Notes: generated by a model not told the origin, from the sequence alone. DNA of 64,000 nt from Betaproteobacteria bacterium (GCA_947457885.1 CANGXU010000004.1:222-64221), one strand, 5' to 3'. Counted from the first letter of the stretch, positions 32,558-43,602 are shown. Program-made: numbers and translations.

Positions 32558-33961
32558 ATGCCCCCTGTTTCCAACGCAAGCTCCGTGCCGGCCCCCGCCG
32601 CCGAGATCTTCAAGGCGTACGACATCCGCGGCATCGTCGACCGTACCCTCACCGTGACAGCGGTCGAGCAGGTCGGCCGGGCGATCGGTTCCGAGGCGCT
32701 CGCACGCAATGCCCGGACGGTTGCGATCGGCCGCGATGGCCGGCTTTCCGGGCCCGTACTCAGCGATGCGCTCGCCCGCGGCCTGCGGGCGGCGGGCGTA
32801 GATGTGATCGACGTCGGACGGGTCGCGACACCGATGGTCTACTACGCGGCCTGGGAACAGGCTGGCGGCTCCGGGGTGATGGTCACCGGCAGCCACAATC
32901 CGCCCGACTACAACGGCCTGAAGATGCTGCTGGCCGGCACCACGCTCGCGGGGGAAGACATCCAGAAACTGCGCGCGCGCATCGTGTCCGGGGACCTCGC
33001 GAGCGGTGCGGGTAGCTACCGTACGGCCGAGGTCGGCGAGGCCTACATCGCGCGCGTCCTGTCCGACGTGAAGCTTGCGCGGCCGATGAAGATCGTGGTC
33101 GATTGCGGCAATGGCGTCGCCGGTGCCTTCGCACCGGACCTGTACCGGCGCCTCGGCTGCACCGTCGAAGAACTGTTCTGCGAGGTGGACGGCACTTTCC
33201 CGAACCACCATCCCGACCCGTCGCAGCCGAAGAACCTGCAGGACCTGATCGTCGCGCTGAAGCGGGGCGATGCCGAACTGGGGCTGGCCTTCGACGGCGA
33301 CGGCGACCGTCTCGGCGTCGTCACCCGGGACGGCCACATCATCTACCCCGATCGCCAGCTGATGATGTTCGCGGAGGACGTACTGTCGCGTAACCCAGGT
33401 GCCCAGATCATCTACGACGTGAAGTCGACACGCAACCTCGCGCCCTGGATCACCGCCCGCAAGGGCGTGCCCGTAATGTCGAAGACCGGCCACTCGTTCA
33501 TCAAGGCACGGATGAAGGAAACCGGTGCCCTGCTGGCGGGCGAAATGAGCGGTCATGTGTTCTTCAAGGAACGCTGGTACGGTTTCGATGACGGACTGTA
33601 CGCGGGCGCCCGCCTGCTGGAGATCCTGTCGCGCACGGACAACCCGTCGGCGGCACTCGACGACCTGCCGGATGCGGTCAGTACGCCGGAGTTGAACATC
33701 CAGCTGGCAGAGGGCGAGAACCACGCGCTGATCGCAGGCCTGCAGGGCTCGGCGACGTTCGAAGGCGCGCGCGACATCATCACGATCGACGGGCTGAGGG
33801 TCGAGTATTCGGACGGCTTCGGCCTGGCGCGCGCCTCCAACACCACGCCGGTGGTGGTCCTGCGCTTCGAGGCGGACAACGCGGCCGCGCTGGAACGCAT
33901 CCAGGCCGATTTCCGGCGCGTGCTTTCCGCGGCCAGGCCGGGGATCGCGCTCGGATTCTGA
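32558..33961 (+). CDS. algC: Phosphomannomutase/phosphoglucomutase (AlgC-type)
   Basis: 'IFKAYDIRG', 'TGSHNP', 'FDGDGDR', 'GEMSGH', 'RASNT'. Confidence 0.93.
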   Translation: MPPVSNASSVPAPAAEIFKAYDIRGIVDRTLTVTAVEQVGRAIGSEALARNARTVAIGRDGRLSGPVLSDALARGLRAAGVDVIDVGRVATPMVYYAAWEQAGGSGVMVTGSHNPPDYNGLKMLLAGTTLAGEDIQKLRARIVSGDLASGAGSYRTAEVGEAYIARVLSDVKLARPMKIVVDCGNGVAGAFAPDLYRRLGCTVEELFCEVDGTFPNHHPDPSQPKNLQDLIVALKRGDAELGLAFDGDGDRLGVVTRDGHIIYPDRQLMMFAEDVLSRNPGAQIIYDVKSTRNLAPWITARKGVPVMSKTGHSFIKARMKETGALLAGEMSGHVFFKERWYGFDDGLYAGARLLEILSRTDNPSAALDDLPDAVSTPELNIQLAEGENHALIAGLQGSATFEGARDIITIDGLRVEYSDGFGLARASNTTPVVVLRFEADNAAALERIQADFRRVLSAARPGIALGF

Positions 33962-33988
33962 GCCGCGTGATCATCCGCGCCGCAGCAC

Positions 33989-34017
33989 GGGTGAACCGGG
34001 CCGCGGCCCGGCCACCC
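33989..34017. terminator. GC-rich hairpin between convergent PMM/PGM and rutC-like genes; possible terminator
   Basis: GGGTG-AA-CCGGGC-cgcg-GCCCGG-C-CACCC; no clear U-tract. Confidence 0.3.
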
Positions 34018-34047
34018 AGCCCCGCCTTCTTGCGTGATCGTCGGGCT

Positions 34048-34443
34048 TCATTCGGACAGATAGGCGGTGGCCACCACCTCGACCAGGAACGCGGGTTTCA
34101 CCAGGTCGGCGCGAATGCAGTAACGCGCAGGCGGATCGACCGGGAAGTACTCCCGATACACTTCATTGAAGGCCGCGTAGTCCCCCAGGTCCTTCAGGAA
34201 TATCTGGTTCATCGCGATGTCCGCGAGGCTGCCACCCGCCGCCTCGACTACCGCGCGAATCGCCTCGAGCACGCAGCGCGTCTGTGCACGCACGTCGCCC
34301 ACGCCGACAACGGCACCGTCGGCGTCCAGCGCAAGCATGCCTGACACATGCACGACACGGCGTGCGGCATCGACGCGCACGCCCGGCGAATAGGGTGCAA
34401 GCGGGGGGGCGGAATCGGGCGGAATCACTGGCACATGGGCCAT
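34048..34443 (-). CDS. RidA/YjgF family enamine deaminase, RutC-like
   Basis: 'PPLAPYSPG', 'AQTRCVLE', 'PARYCIRADLVKPAFLVE' resembles the RutC C-terminus. Confidence 0.88.
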   Translation of the reverse strand: MAHVPVIPPDSAPPLAPYSPGVRVDAARRVVHVSGMLALDADGAVVGVGDVRAQTRCVLEAIRAVVEAAGGSLADIAMNQIFLKDLGDYAAFNEVYREYFPVDPPARYCIRADLVKPAFLVEVVATAYLSE

Positions 34444-34479
34444 CGGATGGTCTCCTCGTCGATCGTGTGGATCGCAAGT

Positions 34480-36963
34480 CTACTGTCCGCCCACCGCCTC
34501 GGCGCGCGCCGCCGGCGGCGACGCAGGCAGCGGCCCTTCCGGAGGTGCCGACCGCCAGTAGCGTCGGGAACGGGCACGCTCCTGCCGAAGGCGCCACTCG
34601 CCAGCCCCGAGCGTCAGGCGAACCGCACCGGACTGGTCCGTGCGGATCACCTGCGCGTCGCGATCCAGGTATCGCTCGACGACCTCCGGCCGCGGATGGC
34701 CGAACCGGTTGCGATAGCCGATTGCCATCAGTGCGAGCCGCGGCGCGACCGCATCGATGAACGCGGGCGTCGAAGACGTGCGGGAGCCGTGATGCGGCAC
34801 GACCAGCACGTCGGCGCGCAGTGCATCGTCGCCTCGCCCCTGCGCCGACCGGAGCAGGCGCGCCTCGCTAGCGGCGCTGATGTCGCCGGTGACCAGCAGG
34901 CGCTCGGAGCCGGCCTCTATCTGAAGCACGCAGCTGCGATCGTTGTCCGGCAGCGCCATGGCGTGGCTACCCGCCGCCGGATGCAGCATCCGGAAGTGCA
35001 CGCCATCCCAGGTCCATGCCTGTCCCGCTTCGCAGGCCCGATGGACGCGGGCGGCTGCGCGCGCGGGATGTTCCGCCGGCAGCGACGACAGGAAATCCGC
35101 GACAGGCAGCGCGCGCAGCAACGATCGCGCACCGCCGGAGTGGTCGACGTCGTCATGGGATACCACCAGCGCGTCGAGCCGGCGCATGCCCTCCCCCCTC
35201 AGGTAGGGCAACACGATGCGCGAACCGGCGTCTGCCTCGCTGCTCCACGCCGGGCCGGTGTCGTACACCAGCACATGGCTGGCAGTACGCACCACCAGCG
35301 CCAATCCATGGCCCACGTCCAGCAGGGTCGCCTCGGCGGTACCCGTCTGCACCTCGGACGGCCGCGCGAGCAGCACCGGCAGCAGCGTGGCCAGCCCGAG
35401 CCAGCGCGCGGGCCAGCCCGTGGGCATCCGCCACCAGCAGATGCCCGCCAGCGCGAGCAGGCTGGCCCAGGCGGGCGGCGCTGGCTGGGCCCAGACCGAC
35501 CAGGGCAGGTCGGCAAGCCATGCGATCGGCACCATCGTGGTCTCGGTCAGCAGATGCGCTGCCTGGAGGAGTCCGGGCACTGGCAGCAGTGCCGCAACGA
35601 CCGCGATCGGCACCACCACCGACCCGATCAGCGGAATCGCGATCGCGTTGGCGATCGGCGACACCAGCGACACCTGGGAGAACAGCGCCAGGGTCGCCGG
35701 AACCATGCCGATCGTGATCGCCCACTGGACACCTCCCCACTCGGCGATGGACCGACAGGGCCGGCAGCCCGGCGATGCCGGCGAGCGGCCGATGCGGCCG
35801 GCCGAGACCGTCATCAGCACCGCGACCGCACCGAAAGAAAGCCAGAATCCGGTCGCCAGCACCGCCCAGGGATCGAGGACGATCACCAGCAGCAGCGCAC
35901 CGGCGAGCACGTCGGCGGCGGCCGCCCGACGCGCCCGCCACAGTGCGGCGGCGATCACCGCCAGCATGAACACCGTGCGCCGCGTCGGCACCGAGAAACC
36001 GGCGAGCAGTGCATAGCCGCACGCCGCCGCAAGCCCGGCGATGACCGCCGCCTTGCGCGACGGCAGGCGGCGCACGAGCCCACTGCTGCGCCGCCAGACG
36101 GCATCCACCAGCCAGAAGGCGAGCGCGGCAACCATCGTCACATGGAGCCCTGAAATGCTCATCAGGTGGCCGATACCGGTACGAGTGAACAGCTCCCATT
36201 GCGCGGCCGGGATCGCCTGCTGGTCGCCGATCGCGAGCGCCACCAGCACGCCGAGATACGGCGCGCCCGGCAGCGTCCGCTCGAAACGATCACGGATCGC
36301 CTCGCGTGCGCGTTCGATCAGGTAAGCCGGCCGCCGCACGAGCGGGTCGCCCCGCTGCAAGCCCCGCCGCACATACCCGGTCGCGCGCAGATTGCGCTCG
36401 AGCAGCCAGGCCTCGGCGTCGAAGCCGTGCGGGTTCACGCTGGCATGCGGACGGCGCAGCCTGACGACCAGTCGCCAGCGCTCGCCCGCGGCTGGCATCG
36501 GGCTGGCGGCGGCTTCCGCCGGATCCTCGCCGGTGGAAGCCGAGGTCCGGCGGCCCTGACGGTTGCCGTACCAGGACAACAGCACACGATCCGGCACCAC
36601 GGCGCCGTCGGTCACCACCTGCTCGACGTCGAATGCGAAACGGCTTCCCCGCTCGGTGCGCTGGACCAGTTCCGCGATCACGCCGATCACCTCTATGTCG
36701 CGCCGCTCCCAGGCGTGCGGCAGCGCATCGGACAGCCGGTCCGATGCCCAGCCACCCGACCATGCGAATCCGGCCAGTGCAGCCGCCGGCAATGCCAGCC
36801 ATGCCCTCGCGCTCGCGCGGCCGCGCAGGCAGGTGCAGAGCGCCAGGCAGGCCAGCGACAGCGCCGCGGCGAGGCTGATCCAGGCGACTGACGGCAGCTC
36901 CGGCAAACGCTGCAGACAGAGCGTCCCGGCGAGCCAGCCGAGCGCGGCCGGAACCGGGCTCAA
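34480..36963 (-). CDS. comEC: ComEC/Rec2 DNA internalization competence protein
   Basis: OB-like 'NPHGFD'; 'HLMSISGLH'; 'GFWLSF'; metallo-beta-lactamase 'DVGHG', 'SHDDVDHSGG', 'PHHGS', 'NRFGHP'. Start uncertain (36963-37047). Confidence 0.93.
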   Translation of the reverse strand: MSPVPAALGWLAGTLCLQRLPELPSVAWISLAAALSLACLALCTCLRGRASARAWLALPAAALAGFAWSGGWASDRLSDALPHAWERRDIEVIGVIAELVQRTERGSRFAFDVEQVVTDGAVVPDRVLLSWYGNRQGRRTSASTGEDPAEAAASPMPAAGERWRLVVRLRRPHASVNPHGFDAEAWLLERNLRATGYVRRGLQRGDPLVRRPAYLIERAREAIRDRFERTLPGAPYLGVLVALAIGDQQAIPAAQWELFTRTGIGHLMSISGLHVTMVAALAFWLVDAVWRRSSGLVRRLPSRKAAVIAGLAAACGYALLAGFSVPTRRTVFMLAVIAAALWRARRAAAADVLAGALLLVIVLDPWAVLATGFWLSFGAVAVLMTVSAGRIGRSPASPGCRPCRSIAEWGGVQWAITIGMVPATLALFSQVSLVSPIANAIAIPLIGSVVVPIAVVAALLPVPGLLQAAHLLTETTMVPIAWLADLPWSVWAQPAPPAWASLLALAGICWWRMPTGWPARWLGLATLLPVLLARPSEVQTGTAEATLLDVGHGLALVVRTASHVLVYDTGPAWSSEADAGSRIVLPYLRGEGMRRLDALVVSHDDVDHSGGARSLLRALPVADFLSSLPAEHPARAAARVHRACEAGQAWTWDGVHFRMLHPAAGSHAMALPDNDRSCVLQIEAGSERLLVTGDISAASEARLLRSAQGRGDDALRADVLVVPHHGSRTSSTPAFIDAVAPRLALMAIGYRNRFGHPRPEVVERYLDRDAQVIRTDQSGAVRLTLGAGEWRLRQERARSRRYWRSAPPEGPLPASPPAARAEAVGGQ

Positions 36964-37040
36964 GACCTGTGACAAGGTCGCTGGTACGGACCTTGTGGTT
37001 GGGTTAAAGTGCGCGCACTCATGCGTGGCAGGCGTTCGTC

Positions 37041-37595
37041 GTGCCAAAAAAATTCTTCAAGAGATACCTGCCGAGCCACTCGAGCATCATCGAAAACCGC
37101 TTCCTCGCGAAGTTCGGTTCGCTGCTCACCCACCATAATCTGTGGCACCTGCACCGTCGCTCGGTGGCAGGGGGTGTTGCGATCGGATTGTTCACCGGCC
37201 TGATACCGGGCCCGCTGCAGATCCTGACGGGCGCGGCGCTGGCAATCCTGTTCCGGGTGAACCTCCCGTCGATGGTGCTCGGCACCTTCTGGACCAACCC
37301 GCTGACGATCGTGCCGATCTACATCGTCGCCTACAACATCGGCAGCGTGGCGATGGGCCTCGGCACGGCGGCCGATGTACCGCATCCTGAGCCGCTGCAG
37401 AACCAGGGCTGGCTCGACATGCTCCCGGCGCTCTGGGACTGGTTCTCTGGAATGGGCAAGCCGCTCGCGCTCGGGCTGCTGCTGCTTGGCCTCTTCATGG
37501 GGGTGGCGGGCTACTTCGCCGTGCGCGGGGCATGGCGGCTCTACGTGGTGCTCGCCTGGCAGCGGCGCGCCCGTAACCGGCGCGCAGCCGGCTGA
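37041..37595 (+). CDS. DUF2062 membrane protein
   Basis: 'LWHLHRRSVAGGVAIGLF', 'RVNLP', 'TNPLT'; usual neighbour of lolD/comEC. Confidence 0.9.
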   Translation: MPKKFFKRYLPSHSSIIENRFLAKFGSLLTHHNLWHLHRRSVAGGVAIGLFTGLIPGPLQILTGAALAILFRVNLPSMVLGTFWTNPLTIVPIYIVAYNIGSVAMGLGTAADVPHPEPLQNQGWLDMLPALWDWFSGMGKPLALGLLLLGLFMGVAGYFAVRGAWRLYVVLAWQRRARNRRAAG

Positions 37596-37604
37596 GCAGG
37601 CCTG

Positions 37605-38246
37605 GTGACGGCCCCGACCGGACGGCGGCCGCGCTGGTGGCGCACCGCCTGCGCCGAACTGAGCGAGCGCGATCCGCTGCTCGCCACGCTGATCGACCGC
37701 CATCCTCCGATGCTTATCGGCAGCCGCGGCGATGCGTTCCAGACGCTCGCACGATCCATCGTCGGGCAGCAGATTTCGGTGAAGGCGGCACAGTCGGTAT
37801 GGGCGCGCTTCGAGGCAACCCTGGCCTGCGCCGAGGTGGCGCCAGCGGTCGTGCTCGCTGCGGATCCGTCAGTGCTGCGCGACTGCGGGCTGTCCGGGCG
37901 CAAGATCGAGTACCTGCGCGACCTCGCCAGCCACTTCATCGCCCGCCCGGCGGGCGTGGACGGCTGGACCGGCATGGCCGACGCCGAGATCATCGAGGAA
38001 CTCACCGCGGTGCGCGGCATCGGCGTGTGGACGGTGCAGATGTTCCTGATCTTCCATCTCGCACGTCCCGATGTACTGCCGCTGGCTGACCTCGGACTGC
38101 GGCGGGCAATCGAACGCGGTTACAGCAAAGGCCGACCAACGGCACCACGTCAGGTCGACCGGCTGTCCGGGCTCTGGCATCCCTGGCGCACCGCAGCGAC
38201 CTGGTACCTGTGGCGCAGCCTCGATCCTGGCCCCGTGCTGCACTGA
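37605..38246 (+). CDS. DNA-3-methyladenine glycosylase II (AlkA/HhH-GPD) family
   Basis: 'RSIVGQQIS', HhH 'VRGIGVWT', 'LPLADLGL', 'WHPWRT'. Confidence 0.92.
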   Translation: MTAPTGRRPRWWRTACAELSERDPLLATLIDRHPPMLIGSRGDAFQTLARSIVGQQISVKAAQSVWARFEATLACAEVAPAVVLAADPSVLRDCGLSGRKIEYLRDLASHFIARPAGVDGWTGMADAEIIEELTAVRGIGVWTVQMFLIFHLARPDVLPLADLGLRRAIERGYSKGRPTAPRQVDRLSGLWHPWRTAATWYLWRSLDPGPVLH

Positions 38247-38261
38247 CGCGGCCTGCGCGCC

Positions 38262-38633
38262 ATGACCAGAGACGAGACAATCGCAGACGGTAAACCGGGG
38301 CAGGTGACCATGGACCATGCAGGGTATCGCGCGGCCTGGGCGCAGGGCAGCATCCGCGTCGACATCGATCCGAAGGGCGCCTATCGATACCTCGCAGCGC
38401 AGATGCTGCTGCCACTGGTACAACTGGCGGCAATGGGTTCCGGGGTCGGCATCGCGTTGCTGCTGCACTGGTTCCCCGGCGTGCTGGTGATCATCGCCGC
38501 GTTCCTGCTGCCGCGGCTGTCGCGCGCGACCGCGCCGGCGTTCATGCTGAAACGCTCGCTCGAAGACCCTGCCGTATACGACGATCTCGTGCGCCACGGC
38601 ATACTGCGCGTGATAGATCAAAGTGAGCCATGA
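38262..38633 (+). CDS. Hypothetical membrane protein
   Basis: Two hydrophobic segments; 15 bp after the alkA stop; GC3-biased codons. Confidence 0.65.
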   Translation: MTRDETIADGKPGQVTMDHAGYRAAWAQGSIRVDIDPKGAYRYLAAQMLLPLVQLAAMGSGVGIALLLHWFPGVLVIIAAFLLPRLSRATAPAFMLKRSLEDPAVYDDLVRHGILRVIDQSEP

Positions 38634-38697
38634 AGCTTCTGCAGGTTGTTCCAGCCGGGATGGGCACACCCGGTAGCCGGATACTGCGCGCGGCGCG

Positions 38698-39393
38698 TCA
38701 GTGCGACTGCAGCCGCCCGTCCTCGAGGCGCAGCACGCGTTCAGCCTTGGCGGCCAGCCGCTCATCGTGCGTCACCATCACCAGACTGGTACCGCGTACG
38801 CGATTGAGTTCGAGCATCAGCTCGAACATCGCCTCTGCGTTGGTGCGGTCAAGGTTACCCGTCGGTTCATCTGCAAGCACGCATGCCGGCTCCGTCACCA
38901 GCGCCCGGGCGAGCGCAGCGCGCTGGCGCTCGCCGCCGGAGAGTTCGCCCGGCCGGTGCGCGAGCCGATGCCCGAGTCCCACCGCCTGCAGACCTGCCGT
39001 GGCGCGCTGCAGGGCGTGCGCGCTCGGCATACGGCGGATCAGCAGCGGCATTGCCACGTTCTCGAGCGCGGAGAACTCGGGCAGGAGATGGTGGAACTGA
39101 TACAGGAAACCCAGCGCGCGGTTGCGAAGGGCCGCCAGAGCGCCCTGTCCCAGCGTGTCGACCCGCTCTCCGCAAAGGCTGACCCGACCCGCAGTGGGGG
39201 CGTCGAGCCCGCCGAGCAGGTGCAGCAGCGTGCTCTTGCCCGATCCGGAACTGCCGACGATCGCGATGCGCTCGCCGGCATGCACCTGCAGGTCTACACC
39301 GCGCAGCACCGATACCTCGCCCAGCGCGGCACCCTCCCGGTAGATCTTCGAGAGGTCCGTGCATTCGAGCACCAGCGGACGTGCATCACTCAT
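38698..39393 (-). CDS. lolD: Lipoprotein-releasing ABC transporter ATP-binding protein
   Basis: 'GSSGSGKS', LolD motif '[19 protein letters not shown]', 'LSGGERQR'. Confidence 0.96.
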   Translation of the reverse strand: MSDARPLVLECTDLSKIYREGAALGEVSVLRGVDLQVHAGERIAIVGSSGSGKSTLLHLLGGLDAPTAGRVSLCGERVDTLGQGALAALRNRALGFLYQFHHLLPEFSALENVAMPLLIRRMPSAHALQRATAGLQAVGLGHRLAHRPGELSGGERQRAALARALVTEPACVLADEPTGNLDRTNAEAMFELMLELNRVRGTSLVMVTHDERLAAKAERVLRLEDGRLQSH

Positions 39394-40630
39394 AGCGCAG
39401 GGCCTGCGCGGGATTGATACGGGACGCCCGCCAGCTCGGATACAGCGTGGCGAGGAACGACAGCAGCAGCGAGATCGAGGCGACGAAGGTCACGTCGCCA
39501 GGCCGGACTTCCGACGGCAGTTCGCTGATGAAGTAGACGTCCTTGGCCAGGAACTGGACGCCGAACGTACGCTCGATGAACGGCACCACGATGTCGACGT
39601 TGGATGCCAGCAGCACGCCGCCGCCCACGCCGAGCAACGTGCCTAGGATACCGATCAGCGCCCCCTGGATCACGAACACGGCCATGATGCTCGAAGGCGT
39701 CGAGCCGAGCGTACGCAGGATCGCGATATCTGCGCGCTTCTCGGTCACCACCATCACCAGCGTAGACACGATGTTGAACGCGGCGACCGCGACGATCAGC
39801 GAAAGGATGATGAACATCATCCGCTTCTCGATCTCCACCGCCCTGAACCAGCCGGCATTCAGCCTCGACCAGTCGGTCACCATCGCGTCGCTGGTCATCG
39901 TGCGGGCGATCTCGCGCGCGACCCGCGGTGCCTGGAACATGTCGGCAAGCTTCAGGCGCACGCCGGTCACGGCAGTACCCATCCGGTACAACTTCTGCGC
40001 GTCCTCGATATGCACCAGGGCAAGCCCGGAATCGAACTCGAAGTGTCCAGCCTCGAAGATGCCCACCACCGTGAACTGCTTCAGGCGCGGGATCACCCCG
40101 GCTGGCGTGATCTGGCCCTGGGGCGCGATCAGCAGCACCTTGTCCCCGACGCCCACGCCGAGCGCACGGGCCAGCTCGATGCCGAGAACGGTGGCAAAGC
40201 TGTCCGGCGCGAGCGCCTCGATCGAGCCCGCGCGCAGGAAGGTCGCGAAGTCGGCCACGCGCGCCTCGCGCTCCGGCAGGATGCCGCGAATGATCGCGCC
40301 GCGCACCACCTGGTCGTTGCCGAGCAGCCCCTGCGCGAGCACGTACGGCGCGCTGCCGCGCACGGCGGGGTTCGCTTCGGCCGTGGCAGCGACGGATCGC
40401 CAATCGGGGAGTCCACCTTCGAGGCCGGAAATCTGGACATGCGCGAGCACGCCCAGGATGCGGTCGCGCACCTCCTTCTGGAAACCGTTCATCACCGACA
40501 CCACGGTGATCAGGACTGCGATGCCCAGCGCCATGCCGAGCATCGACACGAACGAGATGAAGGAGATGAAATTGTTGCTGCGTTTGGCGCGCGTGTAGCG
40601 CAGCCCGACGAACAGCTCGTAAGGGGACAC
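39386..40630 (-). CDS. lolC: Lipoprotein-releasing ABC transporter permease (LolC/E/F)
   Basis: 'GLRYTRAKR...FISFIS', 'SVMNGF', '[10 protein letters not shown]', 'YPSWRAS...PAQALRYE'; GTG start at 40630. Confidence 0.93.
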   Translation of the reverse strand: MSPYELFVGLRYTRAKRSNNFISFISFVSMLGMALGIAVLITVVSVMNGFQKEVRDRILGVLAHVQISGLEGGLPDWRSVAATAEANPAVRGSAPYVLAQGLLGNDQVVRGAIIRGILPEREARVADFATFLRAGSIEALAPDSFATVLGIELARALGVGVGDKVLLIAPQGQITPAGVIPRLKQFTVVGIFEAGHFEFDSGLALVHIEDAQKLYRMGTAVTGVRLKLADMFQAPRVAREIARTMTSDAMVTDWSRLNAGWFRAVEIEKRMMFIILSLIVAVAAFNIVSTLVMVVTEKRADIAILRTLGSTPSSIMAVFVIQGALIGILGTLLGVGGGVLLASNVDIVVPFIERTFGVQFLAKDVYFISELPSEVRPGDVTFVASISLLLSFLATLYPSWRASRINPAQALRYE

Positions 40631-40802
40631 GTGTCGGTCTGTTTCCGATGCAGCCGGTGGCGGCGCGCGAAGTGTGCCACAAGCCGAACCCCGCCAAGGA
40701 GAACCGGCGCCTGCACCGGACGGGACCGGTGCTAGACTGCGCCCGCCGTGCCGACTGCGGCACTCGGCGCCCATCGCCCACCGCTCACCGCCGGACGCCT
40801 CC

Positions 40803-41894
40803 TTGCACCTGGAACTCCTGATTCCTGACCTGTCCTGGCCAGGCAGTGACGCCGCCCCGACGATGCAAGGGGCGGTCGCACCGACGCTCGCCCGCTGGCT
40901 GTCGCGATCGACGCGCCAGCCGGCCATCGGCGGCTCGGCAGACGACTGGCTCTGGCGGCGATTCACTGCGCCCGCAGCTGACGACGGTCAGGCTGGCTCC
41001 CCGGACGGCCCGGCCGAGCCGAGTGCTCGGCCGATCGCGCCGGTAACGCTCGCCCTCGACGGTCACGCGCCTGGCGAACGCTGGTGGATACGCGCGGATC
41101 CGGTGCACTTCATCGTCGGACGCACAGGCCTGCGCCTGGCGCCGCCCGCATACCTGCAGTTGCGCCCCGAGGAAGCGGAGGCTCTGGCCGGTTCCGTACG
41201 CGCGCACTTCCCGGCACTGACCCCGGATTTCCTGGCACCAGGCCCGGCGCGCTGGTACCTGGGCGCGGACCGCCCGTTCGAGCTGGACACGACCGCGCCG
41301 GCCGATGCCATCGGCGACGACGTCGACCGAAACCTGCCGCGCGGCCCTGGCCGCAAACGGTGGCTCGGCTTCGTAAACGAGGTGCAGATGCTCTGGTTCG
41401 AACATCCGGTGAACCGAGCGCGTGAACAGCGGGGCGAGCCGACAGCCTCCGGACTCTGGCTGCACGGCCCTGGCCGCATGCCGGCTCCGGGTCTGCCGGG
41501 CTGCACCGGGGCGGCTGGCGGTGGCGAACCCCTGGCCGGGCTGGCCGCCCTCGCCGGCTGCCGATGGATCGACACCGGCGCCGGCGTGCAGAATTGGCTC
41601 GAACAGGCCGGCGATGGCCACTGGCTGCTCAGCCTCGATGCGCTGACAGCGCACCGCCAGGCGGGCGACCCCTCCGGATGGCGTACCGCCCTGGACCGGC
41701 TCGACGCAGCGTGGCTGACCCCGATCGATGCGGCTCTCCAGAGTGGTCGCATTGCCGGCATCGACCTGCGCTGGCCGTCCCGGGACGGGCTTTCGGCCGC
41801 GCGCGTCGTGCCGGCGGATCGCCTCCGCTTCTGGCGCCGGCAGCGCCCCCTTGCAGCCTTGCTTGCCGATCCGCACGGCCGATCCAATGCCTGA
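40803..41894 (+). CDS. Conserved hypothetical protein (phosphoglycerate-mutase-like family found upstream of recJ)
   Basis: 'ADPVH', 'NEVQMLWFEHPVNRAREQRG...LWLHG', C-terminal 'RFWRR'; overlaps the recJ start. Confidence 0.75.
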   Translation: MHLELLIPDLSWPGSDAAPTMQGAVAPTLARWLSRSTRQPAIGGSADDWLWRRFTAPAADDGQAGSPDGPAEPSARPIAPVTLALDGHAPGERWWIRADPVHFIVGRTGLRLAPPAYLQLRPEEAEALAGSVRAHFPALTPDFLAPGPARWYLGADRPFELDTTAPADAIGDDVDRNLPRGPGRKRWLGFVNEVQMLWFEHPVNRAREQRGEPTASGLWLHGPGRMPAPGLPGCTGAAGGGEPLAGLAALAGCRWIDTGAGVQNWLEQAGDGHWLLSLDALTAHRQAGDPSGWRTALDRLDAAWLTPIDAALQSGRIAGIDLRWPSRDGLSAARVVPADRLRFWRRQRPLAALLADPHGRSNA

Positions 41895-43602
41895 ACTGCT
41901 CACCCGCCCCGTGCCGGCCGGCGCCCGTGCCGCGCTGGAACAGGCCGGCATCGCGCCAGTCCTTGCGCGGGTGTTCGCCGCGCGCGGGCTGCGTGGGCCA
42001 GACGAATTGTCCGATGACTTTGCTCGCCTGCTGACCCCCGAGCGTCTGTCGTGCTGCGACGCCGCCGCGTCAGCGCTGGCCGATGCGATCGCGCGCAACG
42101 AACGCCTGCTGATCGTAGCGGACTACGACTGCGACGGCGCCACCGCCTGCGCGGTCGGGATCCGTGCGCTGCGTGCGTTCGGCGCCCGGATCGACTTTCT
42201 CGTTCCGAACCGCTTCGAATACGGCTACGGCCTGACGCCCGAAATCGTCGACCTCGCGTACCAGCGCCGTCCGGACTGGCTCATCACCGTGGACAACGGC
42301 ATAGCCAGCGTCGAGGGCGTGCACCGCGCGCGCGCGCTCGGCATGCGCGTACTCGTGACCGACCACCACCTGCCGGGCAGCCAGTTGCCGGCCGCGGAGG
42401 TGATCGTCAACCCCAACCAGCCTGGCTGCGGCTTCCCGAGCAAGAACCTCGCCGGCGTCGGCGTCATGTTCTACGTGATGCTGGCGCTGCGCGCCGAGTT
42501 GCGCCGGCGCGGCCGGCTGCCCGGCGGCAACGGGCCCAACCTGGCGCAGTGGCTCGACCTGGTAGCGCTGGGGACGGTCGCCGACGTGGTGCGGCTCGAT
42601 GCGAACAATCGCATCCTGGTGGCGCAGGGGCTGAAGCGGATCCGGGCCGGGCGCACGGTGCCCGGCGTCGCGGCGCTGTTGCGGGTCGCCGGCCGCGCGA
42701 TCGAGCGCTGTACGACGTACGACCTCGGGTTCGTCGCGGGTCCGCGCCTGAACGCCGCAGGCCGTCTGCAGGACATGTCGCTCGGCATCGAATGCCTGGT
42801 GACCGACGATGTCGCCCGTGCCGGCGCGATCGCCGGCCAGCTGGACCAGTTGAACCGCCAGCGGCGCGAGATCGAAGCCACCATGCGCGAGCAGGCACTG
42901 GCGGCCATCGACATCGACTCGGCCGGCGACGGATGGTCCGTCTCGCTGTTCGATCCGGCCTGGCACCAGGGCGTGATCGGAATCGTCGCGGCGCGCCTGA
43001 AAGACCGGCTGCACCGCCCGGCGTTCTGCTTCGCACGCGCCGACGGCGGCATGCTCAAGGGCTCGGGACGTTCGATCACCGCGTTGCACCTGCGCGATGC
43101 GCTCGACCTCGTTGCCAAGCGCGAACCCGGCCTGCTGGTGGCCTTCGGCGGCCATGCGGCGGCGGCCGGCCTGAGCCTGCGCGAACCGGACCTGCCCCGG
43201 TTCACCGAAACACTGGAAGCCGTCGTGCGCTCGCTGCTCACGCCCGCCGACCTTTCGCGCGTGATCGAGACCGACGGCAGCCTCGATGGCGAGACCCTCG
43301 ACCTCGACCTCGCCCGCTCGATGGACGAAGCCGTCTGGGGCCAGGGCTTTCCGCGTCCCGAATTCATGGATCGCTTCCAGGTCACCGCGCAGAAGGTCGT
43401 GGGCGAGGCGCATTCGAAGCTGGAACTGCGCGGCAGCGGCGGGCGCTTCGCGGCCATCCGGTTCAATTCGATCGAACCGATGCCATCGCAGATCGAGGCG
43501 GTGTACCGGGTGGACATGAACAGCTGGCAGGGACTGCAGAGCGTGCAGCTCACGATCGAGCACTGGCGCGACGCCGGCGATGCGTCCTCGGCCTGGCGCT
43601 GA
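41887..43602 (+). CDS. recJ: Single-stranded-DNA-specific exonuclease RecJ
   Basis: 'DYDCDG', 'TVDNG', 'TDHH', 'GTVADVV', 'GPRLNAAGR', 'GGHAAAAG'. Confidence 0.97.
   Translation: MPELLTRPVPAGARAALEQAGIAPVLARVFAARGLRGPDELSDDFARLLTPERLSCCDAAASALADAIARNERLLIVADYDCDGATACAVGIRALRAFGARIDFLVPNRFEYGYGLTPEIVDLAYQRRPDWLITVDNGIASVEGVHRARALGMRVLVTDHHLPGSQLPAAEVIVNPNQPGCGFPSKNLAGVGVMFYVMLALRAELRRRGRLPGGNGPNLAQWLDLVALGTVADVVRLDANNRILVAQGLKRIRAGRTVPGVAALLRVAGRAIERCTTYDLGFVAGPRLNAAGRLQDMSLGIECLVTDDVARAGAIAGQLDQLNRQRREIEATMREQALAAIDIDSAGDGWSVSLFDPAWHQGVIGIVAARLKDRLHRPAFCFARADGGMLKGSGRSITALHLRDALDLVAKREPGLLVAFGGHAAAAGLSLREPDLPRFTETLEAVVRSLLTPADLSRVIETDGSLDGETLDLDLARSMDEAVWGQGFPRPEFMDRFQVTAQKVVGEAHSKLELRGSGGRFAAIRFNSIEPMPSQIEAVYRVDMNSWQGLQSVQLTIEHWRDAGDASSAWR

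Noticed and set aside
26794-43602. ogt, alkA, comEC and recJ as a LexA-controlled repair island
   Set aside because: The genes are dispersed in ordinary synteny, and I saw no GAAC-N7-GAAC or CTGT-N8-ACAG sites upstream by eye.
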